Assembly (NCBI GenBank): GCA_043785585.1
Contig: JAYVXB010000079.1
Span: 1-54,700 of the forward strand
Direction: 5' to 3'
Length of the DNA: 54,700 nucleotides
From: Deltaproteobacteria bacterium
GTDB taxonomy: Bacteria > Myxococcota_A > Polyangia > Polyangiales > Polyangiaceae
The notes beneath the pieces are model-generated. The model was not told the origin of the DNA. It searched no databases and saw only the letters and a program-made list of their open reading frames with translations. Shown one piece after another: positions 45,464 through 54,630 of this stretch. Made by a program: the position numbers and the translations under genes. Every line of letters starts with the position of its first letter. Within the stretch, counting starts at the first letter, position 1.

Positions 45464-46663
45464 TCATGCGCCGCGGTCGACGATCGGAAAGTCGACCGCG
45501 ACGTAGTCCGGGTATTTGAGCCCGGTGCCCGTGTTGAACAGAACGACGCTCGCGTCCTTCGCGAGAAATCCGTCCTTCACGAGGCGCTTCGTCGCTGCCC
45601 ACGTCGCCGCGCCTTCGGGCGCCGCGAAGATCCCTTCGAGCCGACCGATCTCGCGCATAGACTCGGCGATCTCGTCCTCGCTCACCGCGAGCGCCGTCCC
45701 GCCGGAGTCGCGGATCGCGCGCAGGATCAGGTAGTCCCCGACCGCCGCCGGAACGCGCAGCCCCGACGCCGCCGTCGTCGCGTTCTCCCACAGCGGCGCG
45801 TGATCCAGCCCCTGCTCGAACGCGCGAACGATCGGCGCGCACCCCGCCGCTTGCACCGAGATCATCTTCGGACGCTTCGGGCCGATCATCCCCATCGCCT
45901 CGAGCTCGGCGAACGCCTTCCACATCCCGACGATCCCCGTACCGCCGCCCGTCGGGTACACGATCGCATCCGGCAGCGTCCACCCGAGCGCCTCCGCGAT
46001 CTCGAGCCCCATCGTCTTCTTCCCCTCGGCGCGGTACGGCTCCTTCAGCGTCGAGACGTCGAACCATCCGTGGACTGCCGCGCGCCTCTTCACCATCGCG
46101 CCGCAGTCGTTGATGAGCCCGCGCACGAGCGTCACGTCCGCGCCGTAGATCGCGTCTTCCTTCTTGTTCAGCTCCGGCGTGTCGACCGGCATGAAGATGT
46201 GGACGCCGAGCCCCGCGCGCGCGCCGTACGCCGCGAGCGCCGACGCCGCGTTCCCCGCCGACGGAATCGCGACCTCCTTCACGCCGAGCTCCACCGCGCG
46301 CGACACCGCCGCCGAGATGCCGCGCGCCTTGAACGATCCCGTCGGACAGAGACCCTCTTCTTTGATGAGGAGCCGCGTCATCCCCGCCGTCGCCCCGAGC
46401 CGCGGCGCCGGCAGGAGCGGCGTGTCCCCTTCCCCGAGCGTGACGATGTTCTTGGCGTCACGCACCGGCATGATCTCGCGCCACCGCCACATCCCGCGCG
46501 CCCGCGTCGCGACGCTCTCGCGCGTCAGCGTCTTCTTCGCGCGCTCCAAGTCGTACCGCGCGTAGAGGACCTTGCCGCACGCCGTGCACAACGTCGCGAG
46601 AGCATCCGCATCGTGCGACTTCCCACACGCGGTGCATTCCAAGTGCGATAGCGCGCTCTGCAT
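45464..46663 (-). CDS. thrC: Threonine synthase
   Basis: 399-aa ORF. It has an N-terminal Cys-rich zinc-ribbon-like start (LECTACG...LCTACG) and a PLP lysine motif (PTGSFKARG). The overall pattern is that of short-form ThrC. Confidence 0.9.
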   Translation of the reverse strand: MQSALSHLECTACGKSHDADALATLCTACGKVLYARYDLERAKKTLTRESVATRARGMWRWREIMPVRDAKNIVTLGEGDTPLLPAPRLGATAGMTRLLIKEEGLCPTGSFKARGISAAVSRAVELGVKEVAIPSAGNAASALAAYGARAGLGVHIFMPVDTPELNKKEDAIYGADVTLVRGLINDCGAMVKRRAAVHGWFDVSTLKEPYRAEGKKTMGLEIAEALGWTLPDAIVYPTGGGTGIVGMWKAFAELEAMGMIGPKRPKMISVQAAGCAPIVRAFEQGLDHAPLWENATTAASGLRVPAAVGDYLILRAIRDSGGTALAVSEDEIAESMREIGRLEGIFAAPEGAATWAATKRLVKDGFLAKDASVVLFNTGTGLKYPDYVAVDFPIVDRGA

Positions 46664-46690
46664 CGCGCGGACATATCCCGAGAAGGGTTT

Positions 46691-46768
46691 AACCGCCAGG
46701 ACGCCAAGAACGCCAAGAAGTCATTGAACAACCCCTCTCTCTGCTTGGCGCCTTGGCGTCTTGGCGGT
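46691..46768. repeat. Imperfect ~26-bp inverted repeat built from CGCCAAG sub-repeats (REP-like hairpin) in a divergent intergenic region
   Basis: The left arm is aaccgccaggacgccaagaacgccaag and the right arm is cttggcgccttggcgtcttggcggt. The loop is ~26 nt. It lies between the thrC start and the aldehyde dehydrogenase start. Confidence 0.6.
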
Positions 46769-46860
46769 CAAATCCTCCCGCAAATTCCGTAGCAGCTGAC
46801 GGTTGCGCATTGCGGCATATGGATCCAGCATTCGCTCTCCGCAGAACCGAGGAGGGACCC

Positions 46861-48333
46861 ATGACCGCTGCCGTCACCACCGAGAACGAAGCCCCGCCGT
46901 CCCGTTTCGCCACTGCTGCGACGTCGTCCACGCCCGACATGGCGGCACTTCTCAAACGGATGCAGCTCGCGCAGCGCGGGAAGAAGGCGCCCGGCTACGA
47001 AGAGCGGATGCAGCACTTGGAGCGCCTCGAGAAGGCGATCCTGCGTCGCAAGGAAGCGATCGTCGACTCGATCAGCAAGGACTTCGGTAACCGCTCGCGT
47101 GTCGAGAGCCTCGTCGCCGAAGTGTTCATCACGGTGCAGGCGATTCGCTACGCGCGCGAGCACCTCCGCGATTGGATGGAGCCGGAGGAGCGCCAGGTCG
47201 GTTGGGCGTTTCTGCCCGCGTCGGCCGAGGTGATCTACCAGCCGCTCGGCGTCGTCGGGATCATCGCGCCGTGGAACTACCCGGTGCAGCTCGCGCTCGC
47301 GCCGCTCGTCAGCGTCCTCGCCGCGGGCAACCGCTGCATCATCAAGCCGGCCGAATTCACGCCGGCGACGGGAGAGCTGCTCAAGGATCTCATCGCCGAG
47401 ACGTTCGATCCGGATCACGTCGCGGTCGTCACGGGCGGACCGGAAGTCGGCGAAGCGTTCTCGAAGCTGCCGTTCGATCACCTCGTCTTCACGGGCTCGA
47501 CGCGCGTCGGCAAGTACGTGATGCGCGCCGCCGCCGAGAACCTCACGCCGGTCACTCTCGAGCTCGGCGGAAAGTCACCGACGATCATCGGCGAGGACTT
47601 CTCGATCGACGTCGCCGCGACGCGCATCATGATGGGCAAGCTCTACAACGCCGGGCAGACGTGCATCGCGCCCGACTACATCTTGGTGCCCGAGCAGAAG
47701 CGCGACGCGTTCGTTGCGGCATGCAAGGAAGCCGTCACCAAGATGTACCCGACGCTCGCCGGGAACGCCGACTACACGTGCGTCATCAACGACAAGCACT
47801 ACGCGCGGCTCACCAGCTTGGTCGACGACGCGAAGGCCAAGGGCGCCAAGGTCGTCGAGTTCAACCCGCACGCCGAGACGATCGATCCCAAGTCGAAGAA
47901 GTTCGTCCCGACGGTCATCCTCGATCCAACCGAAGAGATGACCGTGATGCAGGAAGAGATCTTCGGCCCCATCCTCCCGATCAAGACGTACAAAGAAATC
48001 GGCGAGGCGATCGCCTACGTGAACGATCACCCGCGTCCGCTCGCGCTCTACTACTTCGGCTACGATCGCGCGCGGATCGATCGCGTGACGAACGAGACGG
48101 TGTCGGGCGGCGTGTCGATCAACGAGACGATGCTGCACGTCGCGCAAGACGACTTGCCGTTCGGCGGCGTCGGACCGAGCGGCATGGGGCACTACCATGC
48201 GTTCGAAGGCTTCGAGACGTTCTCGAAGAAGAAGCCGATTTTCCGTCAGAGCCGGATCAACTCGGCGGGGATGCTGCGCCCGCCGTTCGGCAAGGCGGTC
48301 GACATGTTCTTGCGCATGGTGCTCGGCAAGTAG
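46861..48333 (+). CDS. NAD(P)-dependent aldehyde dehydrogenase (coniferyl-aldehyde dehydrogenase-like subgroup)
   Basis: An internal ATG at 46861 of ORF 46753..48333. Motifs are PWNYP, FTGSTRVGK, ELGGKSP and the catalytic Cys context GQTCIAPDY. Confidence 0.9.
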   Translation: MTAAVTTENEAPPSRFATAATSSTPDMAALLKRMQLAQRGKKAPGYEERMQHLERLEKAILRRKEAIVDSISKDFGNRSRVESLVAEVFITVQAIRYAREHLRDWMEPEERQVGWAFLPASAEVIYQPLGVVGIIAPWNYPVQLALAPLVSVLAAGNRCIIKPAEFTPATGELLKDLIAETFDPDHVAVVTGGPEVGEAFSKLPFDHLVFTGSTRVGKYVMRAAAENLTPVTLELGGKSPTIIGEDFSIDVAATRIMMGKLYNAGQTCIAPDYILVPEQKRDAFVAACKEAVTKMYPTLAGNADYTCVINDKHYARLTSLVDDAKAKGAKVVEFNPHAETIDPKSKKFVPTVILDPTEEMTVMQEEIFGPILPIKTYKEIGEAIAYVNDHPRPLALYYFGYDRARIDRVTNETVSGGVSINETMLHVAQDDLPFGGVGPSGMGHYHAFEGFETFSKKKPIFRQSRINSAGMLRPPFGKAVDMFLRMVLGK

Positions 48334-48372
48334 GTCGTCAGCGGGGTTGCGGGACACGTTGGCCCGCGGCGC

Positions 48373-49596
48373 CTACCTCCGGAAGAACACCCGCAGCCGC
48401 GCGTGCGTCGCCTCCGGGTGCTCGAACTGCGGGACGTGGCCGCAGTCGGCGATGACTTCGATCTCCGCGGCAGGCAACACCGAGCGAACGTGCTCGGCGA
48501 AGCGCGCGGGGACGAGCCAGTCGCGATCGCCGAAAAGGAAGAGCGACGGGCACGCGACGTTCGGCAGCCGCTCCCAGAAGCCGTTCGCGCCGACGGCGTC
48601 TTCGAGGACGATCTCGCGCGCGGCGTGGAAGAACGCGATGCGGCCACGCGGCGACGAGAAGACGCGGACGAACTCGTCGGCGGCGGCGTGCATCGCGGCC
48701 TCGGGCAGGCGATCGGGGACGGCGAACATCGACCGCAGCGAGAGCATGACGAAGCCGTGGAGCGCCGGGAGCGGGAGCGCGCCGAGCTCGGGACGGAGCA
48801 AACGCACGAGCGGCTTCATCCGACGGAAGCGGCGCCACGCGAGCGAAGGCATGAGGAGCGCGATCGACCGCGCGCGCGCGGGATCGCGGAGCGCGATTTC
48901 GATCGCGACGCGACCTCCCATCGAGTTGCCGACGAAGTCCGCGCGAGCGATCCGGATCGCGTCGAGGAGCCCGACGATCCAATCGGCGAGAAACCCCGCG
49001 GGGAGCGCGCGGAGCGGTTTGCCCGACGCGCCGAAGCCGGGGAAGTCGGGCGCGATGACGCGGTGATCGCGCGAGAGGTCCCAGAGCGTGGTGAGGAACG
49101 ACGCGCTCGTCGCGCCGAGACCATGAAGGAGGACGACGGGCGGCGCGTCGCGTGGACCCGCTTCGAGATAGAAGCCTTCGATGCCGTCGACGTCGATCCG
49201 GCGCGCTCGCGGCGCGCGGACGTTGGTCTGCAGCAGCGAGTCGAGCTCGAGCGCGTACGCGATGCTGCCGCGCATGAAGAGATGGTTGTCGAGGAAGGCG
49301 CGGACGCCGGGCAAGCGCCCTTCGATGACCTCGAGGAACGTGCGAGGGTCGGAGTAGAGACGCGCGGTCGCGTCGCGCGTGCCGCCGCGCGCGACGGAGA
49401 ACGCTCCGCGTCGAACGCGAACCGTCCATGAGCCCGCCGCGCCGGCGTCGAAGACGACGCTGCCGTCGGCGATCCCGGTTCCGCTCGGGAGCGCCGCGAC
49501 GCGCGCGCGCAGCGACGTCTCGAACGCGCCGAGCCCGCGCTCGGCGACGGCGTTCCGGATCGACTGAACGAGCGTGCGAACCTTCACGCCGGGCAT
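48373..49596 (-). CDS. Alpha/beta hydrolase with N-terminal SCP2-like domain
   Basis: 407-aa ORF. It has an HGLGAT oxyanion region, a GNSMGG nucleophile elbow and a C-terminal His (CGHVPQFE). The N-terminal ~120 aa resemble an SCP2 sterol-carrier fold (FLDNHLFMRGSIAYALEL). Confidence 0.85.
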   Translation of the reverse strand: MPGVKVRTLVQSIRNAVAERGLGAFETSLRARVAALPSGTGIADGSVVFDAGAAGSWTVRVRRGAFSVARGGTRDATARLYSDPRTFLEVIEGRLPGVRAFLDNHLFMRGSIAYALELDSLLQTNVRAPRARRIDVDGIEGFYLEAGPRDAPPVVLLHGLGATSASFLTTLWDLSRDHRVIAPDFPGFGASGKPLRALPAGFLADWIVGLLDAIRIARADFVGNSMGGRVAIEIALRDPARARSIALLMPSLAWRRFRRMKPLVRLLRPELGALPLPALHGFVMLSLRSMFAVPDRLPEAAMHAAADEFVRVFSSPRGRIAFFHAAREIVLEDAVGANGFWERLPNVACPSLFLFGDRDWLVPARFAEHVRSVLPAAEIEVIADCGHVPQFEHPEATHARLRVFFRR

Positions 49597-49628
49597 CGTA
49601 CACGCGCGATCGGCGAATCGGCGCTAGG

Positions 49629-50144
49629 ATGCCGCGCATGTACTTTCAGATTTTTCGACAGATGAAGAAGACGCTCGGGCAATTCGACAAGTTTTTCGAC
49701 GCGGCCGCGGAGTACGCGACGAAGAAGAAATTCGATCCGACGGTGTACATGACGCTTCGACTCTCGCCCGATCAGTTCGGGTTTGCGCGTCAGGTGCAGA
49801 TCGCTTGCGACACCGCCAAGCAGGCCGCATCGCGCATGACGGGCAAGGATGCGCCCGTGCAAGCCGACGACGAGAAGACGCTCGACGAGCTTCGCGCGCG
49901 CGTGAAATCCGTCATCACGTACCTCGACGGCTTCTCGGAAAAAGACTTCGAAGGCGCCGCGACCCGCTCGGTCACGCAGCCGCGGTGGGAAGGCAAGACG
50001 ATGACGGGCGCGGACTACTTCCTCGAGCACGCGCTCCCGAATTTCTATTTCCACGCCACGCACGTGTACGCGATCCTCCGAAACAACGGCGTCGACCTCG
50101 GCAAGCGCGATTTTCTCGGTGCGCTGACGATGCGCGCGCCCTGA
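49629..50144 (+). CDS. DUF1993 domain protein
   Basis: An internal ATG at 49629 of ORF 49428..50144. LPNFYFHATHVYAILRNNGVDLGKRDFLG is the characteristic DUF1993 C-terminus. Confidence 0.8.
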   Translation: MPRMYFQIFRQMKKTLGQFDKFFDAAAEYATKKKFDPTVYMTLRLSPDQFGFARQVQIACDTAKQAASRMTGKDAPVQADDEKTLDELRARVKSVITYLDGFSEKDFEGAATRSVTQPRWEGKTMTGADYFLEHALPNFYFHATHVYAILRNNGVDLGKRDFLGALTMRAP

Positions 50145-50147
50145 CGC

Positions 50148-50882
50148 TCACTCGCCTTCGGTCTCGACCGCCAAGCGCGCCGCGCCCGCGACGCCCATCG
50201 GGAGAACGAAGAGGCCGATGCACGGCAGGAGCAAGACGATCGCCGCGCTGAGACCGAAGCCGAGCACCGCGCCGAACCTGCGGCCGATCCACGTGAGGCG
50301 CTCGGAAAGCCCGAGGCCTCGCTGGCTGAGCGGATAGTCGAGGAAGTCCCACGCGACGAGCAGCGCCGCGACGAACACTTTGAGCGGCACCGTGACGAAG
50401 ACCGCGATCGGGAAGAAGACGCCGATCGCGGTGAGCACGGCAAGGATGGGCAAGCCGACCGCGAGCGCCAAGAGATTCACGCCGAGCGCGAGCGCCATCT
50501 GCCGCAGTCGCGGCTGCTCGGGCCACGCCGGCGCGCCGAGCACCGCTTCTTGATTTCGCACGATGCGATCGAGCGCCCATCCCGACAGCGGCTGCGACAA
50601 CGTCAGCGACACGAGAAGCGCGACGATGATCGCGACGACGCCGAAGACGACGCGCAGCGCCCACAAGCCGACCTCGCTCGATCCCGCGATCGACGTCGCC
50701 GCGGCGTCGGCGCCCCAAATCCCGAGCGTGCCCGCTCCGCCGAGGAGCGCCACCGCCATCACCATCGGCACCATCGACGGCAACCAAACCGCGGGCGTCG
50801 ACGCCACGAAGCCGACGCCTTGCCAAAACGAGCGAACGCCGCCACCGAAGCCGACTTTTGCCACGATGGGCAACGTAACCAT
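50148..50882 (-). CDS. EI24/CysZ-like membrane protein
   Basis: 244-aa ORF. The topology and the DYPLSQRG-type motif resemble the EI24 domain family. The call is from memory. Confidence 0.7.
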   Translation of the reverse strand: MVTLPIVAKVGFGGGVRSFWQGVGFVASTPAVWLPSMVPMVMAVALLGGAGTLGIWGADAAATSIAGSSEVGLWALRVVFGVVAIIVALLVSLTLSQPLSGWALDRIVRNQEAVLGAPAWPEQPRLRQMALALGVNLLALAVGLPILAVLTAIGVFFPIAVFVTVPLKVFVAALLVAWDFLDYPLSQRGLGLSERLTWIGRRFGAVLGFGLSAAIVLLLPCIGLFVLPMGVAGAARLAVETEGE

Positions 50883-50893
50883 CGAGAGGTTTC

Positions 50894-50965
50894 ACAGGAA
50901 GGTCGGAAGATCGGAAGCGGAGAGATTTGGAACCCCACCCCCTTCCGATCTTCCGACCTTCCTGT
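50894..50965. terminator. Perfect 24-bp-stem hairpin (ACAGGAAGGTCGGAAGATCGGAAG / complement) immediately downstream of the LOG gene; REP-like
   Basis: The arms at 50894-50917 and 50942-50965 are exact reverse complements with a 24-nt loop. The hairpin lies 10 nt after the LOG stop and 11 nt before the EI24 start. Confidence 0.65.
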
Positions 50966-50975
50966 TCAATCCCTC

Positions 50976-51581
50976 TCACCTCTCCGTAGGCTCGATCCAC
51001 TTTCGCCCGAGCACTGGCGGCGTGTACGACGCGAGCGCGTCGAGGAGCGCGTCGGGATCGCGGTTCACGACGAAGAGCGCGCGCTGGTCCGCGGGGACGA
51101 AGCCCTCTTCGATCGCGTGATCGACGAGCGCCATCAGCGGTGCGAAGTATCCCTCGGCGTCGAGCAGCCCGACCGGCTTGGAGTGGATGGCGATCTGCGC
51201 CCACGTGATGATCTCGAAGAGCTCGTCGAACGTGCCGAAGCCGCCCGGCATCGCGACGAACGCATCGGCGAGATCGGCCATCTTCTGTTTGCGTTCGTGC
51301 ATCGACGTCGTGACGATTTGCTCGGAGAGCCCCGCGTGCGCGATCTCTTTGTCGACGAGGCCGCGCGGGATGACGCCGATCGCCTTGCCGCCGCCCGCCA
51401 TCGCGGCGTCCGCGACCGCGCCCATCAACCCGACGCTCGCGCCGCCGTACACGAGCCCCCACCCGCGCTTCGCGATCGCCGCACCGAGCGCGCGCGCCGC
51501 GACGGCGTACCCAGGACGCGAGCCAGGGCGCGAGCCCGTGAAGACGCAGACGCGCGAAATGCGACCGATGGGTGCGCTCAT
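50976..51581 (-). CDS. LOG-family (TIGR00730) nucleotide 5'-monophosphate nucleosidase
   Basis: 201-aa ORF with the GGASVGLMG, PGGFGTFDELFE and MHERK motifs. Confidence 0.92.
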   Translation of the reverse strand: MSAPIGRISRVCVFTGSRPGSRPGYAVAARALGAAIAKRGWGLVYGGASVGLMGAVADAAMAGGGKAIGVIPRGLVDKEIAHAGLSEQIVTTSMHERKQKMADLADAFVAMPGGFGTFDELFEIITWAQIAIHSKPVGLLDAEGYFAPLMALVDHAIEEGFVPADQRALFVVNRDPDALLDALASYTPPVLGRKWIEPTER

Positions 51582-51616
51582 GGTCGACTACTTAGCGGTG
51601 CTACCCTCGTCGTTCC

Positions 51617-53020
51617 ATGCAAATCGAGTTCGTCGGCGCCGCGCAGACCGTCACCGGATCGAAGCACCTCGTTCGCACCAAGCACGCGAACGTCCTCCTC
51701 GACTGCGGGTTCTTCCAGGGACGCCGCCGCGAGTCGATCGATCGCAACAAGAGCCTCGGCTTCGAGCCGAGCGAGATCGACGCCGTCGTTCTCTCGCACG
51801 CGCACATCGATCATTCCGGCGCGCTGCCGCTCCTCATGCGAAATGGCTACGAGGGACCGGTCTACGCCACGCCCGCGACGCGCGACCTCTGCGCCGCGAT
51901 GCTCGCCGACGCCGCCGCGATCCAAGAGAGCGACGCGCGCTACATCAACAAGCTCGTCGCGCGGGGCGAGACCGACATGGAGCACGTCGACGCGCTCTAT
52001 ACGCAACAAGACGTGGTCAACGTGCTCCAGCACATGGTCTCGATCCCGTACCACCGAAAGGAGATCATCGCGCCGGGCGTCACGCTCTCGTTCCTCGACG
52101 CGGGGCACGTCCTTGGTAGCGCGATCACGATCCTCGACGTCGAGGACGACGGCAAGACGAAGCGGATCGTCTTCACCGGCGATCTCGGACGAAAGCGGAT
52201 GCCGATCCTGCGCGATCCCGAGGCGCCGGAGGGCGCGTACACGCTCATCACCGAGAGCACGTACGGCGATCGCATGCACAAGCCGATCGAAGAGATGGAC
52301 GCGCAGCTCGCCGACGTGATGAAGCGCGTCTACGAGCGCGGCGGCAAGGTGATCATCCCGAGCTTCGCGCTCGAGCGCGCGCAGGAGATCGTCTTCGCGC
52401 TGAAGGCGCTGAAGCAGCAGGGCCGCATGCCGAACATGCCCGTCTACGTCGACTCGCCGCTCACGGTGAAGATCACCGACATCTTCCGGCTGCACCCCGA
52501 GTGCTACGACGAAGAGACGCGCGCGCTCATGCAGAAGAACCAGAGCCCCTTCGACTTCGACCAGCTCAAATACATCTCGGACGTCGAGGACTCGAAGGCG
52601 CTCACCGCCGACAATCACCCGGCCGTCATCATCTCCGCGAGCGGGATGTGCGAGGCGGGGCGCATCCTTCACCATCTCAAGGGGGCGATCGAGAGCGACA
52701 AGAACGCGGTCCTCATCGTCGGCTTCCAAGCGCAGCACACGCTCGGTCGGCGGATCGTCGAAAAGCGCGCGCGCGTGAAGATCTTCGGCGTCGAGCGCGA
52801 TTTGCGCGCAGAGGTCGTCGTGCTGAACGGCTTCAGCGCGCACGCCGATCAGAGAGACCTCGTCGACTTCGCCGTCGACGCGAAGGCGCGCGGACCGCTC
52901 GCGCACGTCGCGCTCGTGCACGGCGAGCCCGGGCCGCAGAAGATCCTCGCCGGGTTGCTCGCTGCGCGAGGGATTTCCGACGTGCACGCGCCAGCTCTCG
53001 GCGACAAGATGGAGATCTGA
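51617..53020 (+). CDS. MBL-fold beta-CASP ribonuclease (RNA-metabolising metallo-beta-lactamase)
   Basis: 467-aa ORF. It has SHAHIDHSG and the beta-CASP motifs (TESTYGDR, the His in GFSAHAD). The layout is CPSF-like. Confidence 0.92.
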   Translation: MQIEFVGAAQTVTGSKHLVRTKHANVLLDCGFFQGRRRESIDRNKSLGFEPSEIDAVVLSHAHIDHSGALPLLMRNGYEGPVYATPATRDLCAAMLADAAAIQESDARYINKLVARGETDMEHVDALYTQQDVVNVLQHMVSIPYHRKEIIAPGVTLSFLDAGHVLGSAITILDVEDDGKTKRIVFTGDLGRKRMPILRDPEAPEGAYTLITESTYGDRMHKPIEEMDAQLADVMKRVYERGGKVIIPSFALERAQEIVFALKALKQQGRMPNMPVYVDSPLTVKITDIFRLHPECYDEETRALMQKNQSPFDFDQLKYISDVEDSKALTADNHPAVIISASGMCEAGRILHHLKGAIESDKNAVLIVGFQAQHTLGRRIVEKRARVKIFGVERDLRAEVVVLNGFSAHADQRDLVDFAVDAKARGPLAHVALVHGEPGPQKILAGLLAARGISDVHAPALGDKMEI

Positions 53021-54630
53021 TGACGAAGACGGGTTTGGTGGGCGCGTCCCTGGCCATGGGCGTGGTGGGGCTCTTCACGGTCGCGGCGTGCGCGACGTCG
53101 GGCGGGCCGTCGGGCGGCGCGTGCGACACGGGGAAGGTCGATCTCAAAGGCGACCACAGCTGCACGTACGTGTGCACGCCTGGACCGAACGCGCCAAACG
53201 ATCCGATCGATCCCGACTTCACCGACGAGAACTGCGACGGCACCGATGGCGTGGTCGCCAAGTGTTTGTTCGTCGCGTCCGACGGCGCGGACTCGGCGAA
53301 CGCGGGGACGCGCGAGGCGCCGATGAAGACGATCAACTACGCGATCAAGGCGGCGAAGGATCGCGGGATGGACGTCTGCGTGTCGGGGGAATCGTACGCG
53401 GGCGAGATCGATCTGCAGGCGGGCGTCAGCGTGTACGGCGGCTTCAACGAGCACGATCCGGATTTCGCGTTCCGGCGCGCGAAGAACGTCGACTCGACGT
53501 TGACGGCGAAGGGGACGGTCGTGCTCGCGGCGTCGATCGATGCGGAGACGCACCTCGAAGGGTTCGTGATCAACGCGGGGCCGCCCGATCTTCCGTCGAC
53601 GGGCGCGGGGACGTACGGCGTGAGGCTCATCGGAGGGCTCGCGGCGTTGTATGTAAGGTACAACAACATCAGCACCGACGCGGCGCAGGACGGATTGCCG
53701 GGCAAGGACGGCGGCGACGGGCTGGCGGGGACGAACGGCGCGGACGGCACCAACGGATGTAGCCACTGCGGCTCGACGGGCGGGCCGGGCGGCGCGGCGG
53801 GCGGCGCAGCACCGATGTCGATGTGTGGCGGCGCGTCGGGCGGCAAGGGCGGCCAAGGCGCATGGGACAAAGTAGACGGCGTCGGCGGAGGAAGCGGAAC
53901 GGGGGCGAACTCTGGTGGCGGGCCGGGGGGGAGCGGGAACCAAACGTGCGGTACATCGAGCGGAACTGACGGCGGGCCCGGGCAGACGCCGACGGAGGTC
54001 GGTGGCCACGGGGTGGATGGCGCAGCGGCCGCCGCGAAAGGGACGCTCGGCAACGACGGGACCTACGCGCCCGCGGCAGGAGGCGACGGCAAGGACGGAT
54101 CGCCGGGCAACGCAGGCGGCGGTGGCGGCGGTGGCGGCGGCGGAACGAACGGTGGCCTCTGCTACGGCGATCAAGGATCGGGTGGCGGCTCCGGCGGTAC
54201 CGGTGGTTGCGGCGGCCTCGCTGGAACCGCAGCGACGAGCGGCGGCGCGAGCTTCGCGATCGTCGCGCGTGCCGGCAAGCTCGTCGCGGGGTTGAATCGC
54301 ATCCAGGCGGGCAAAGGCGGCAACGGCGGTGCGGGCGGAAAGGGTGGCCAAGGCGGCGCGGGCGGGAAAGGCGGGCTCGGCAAAGGCCGCAACGACGACG
54401 GCGGCGCGAGCGGCGCCGGCGGCAACGGCTCGCTCGGCGGCAGCGGCGGCAACGGCGCGGGCGGCGCGGGCGGACCCAGCGCGTGCATCGCGGTCGCGCC
54501 GGGCGTCGTCCTCGACGAGACGCCGACGAACCAGTGCACGACCTTCGGCGGCGGTACGGGCGGCGCGGGCGGAAACAACGCGACGAACAAAGGCCCCGAC
54601 GGATTGAGCATGCCGACGTTGCAGCTCTGA
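53020..54630 (+). CDS. Gly-rich secreted lipoprotein (536 aa); structured N-terminal region followed by ~300 aa of GGxGG-type repeats
   Basis: The ATG at 53020 overlaps the upstream stop (TGATG). MTKTGLVGASLAMGVVGLFTVAAC carries a lipobox. The N-terminal region has a DUF1565/beta-helix-like cue (REAPMKTINYAIKAAKD). The repeats are of the form GGNGGAGGKGGQGGAGGKGG. Confidence 0.75.
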   Translation: MTKTGLVGASLAMGVVGLFTVAACATSGGPSGGACDTGKVDLKGDHSCTYVCTPGPNAPNDPIDPDFTDENCDGTDGVVAKCLFVASDGADSANAGTREAPMKTINYAIKAAKDRGMDVCVSGESYAGEIDLQAGVSVYGGFNEHDPDFAFRRAKNVDSTLTAKGTVVLAASIDAETHLEGFVINAGPPDLPSTGAGTYGVRLIGGLAALYVRYNNISTDAAQDGLPGKDGGDGLAGTNGADGTNGCSHCGSTGGPGGAAGGAAPMSMCGGASGGKGGQGAWDKVDGVGGGSGTGANSGGGPGGSGNQTCGTSSGTDGGPGQTPTEVGGHGVDGAAAAAKGTLGNDGTYAPAAGGDGKDGSPGNAGGGGGGGGGGTNGGLCYGDQGSGGGSGGTGGCGGLAGTAATSGGASFAIVARAGKLVAGLNRIQAGKGGNGGAGGKGGQGGAGGKGGLGKGRNDDGGASGAGGNGSLGGSGGNGAGGAGGPSACIAVAPGVVLDETPTNQCTTFGGGTGGAGGNNATNKGPDGLSMPTLQL

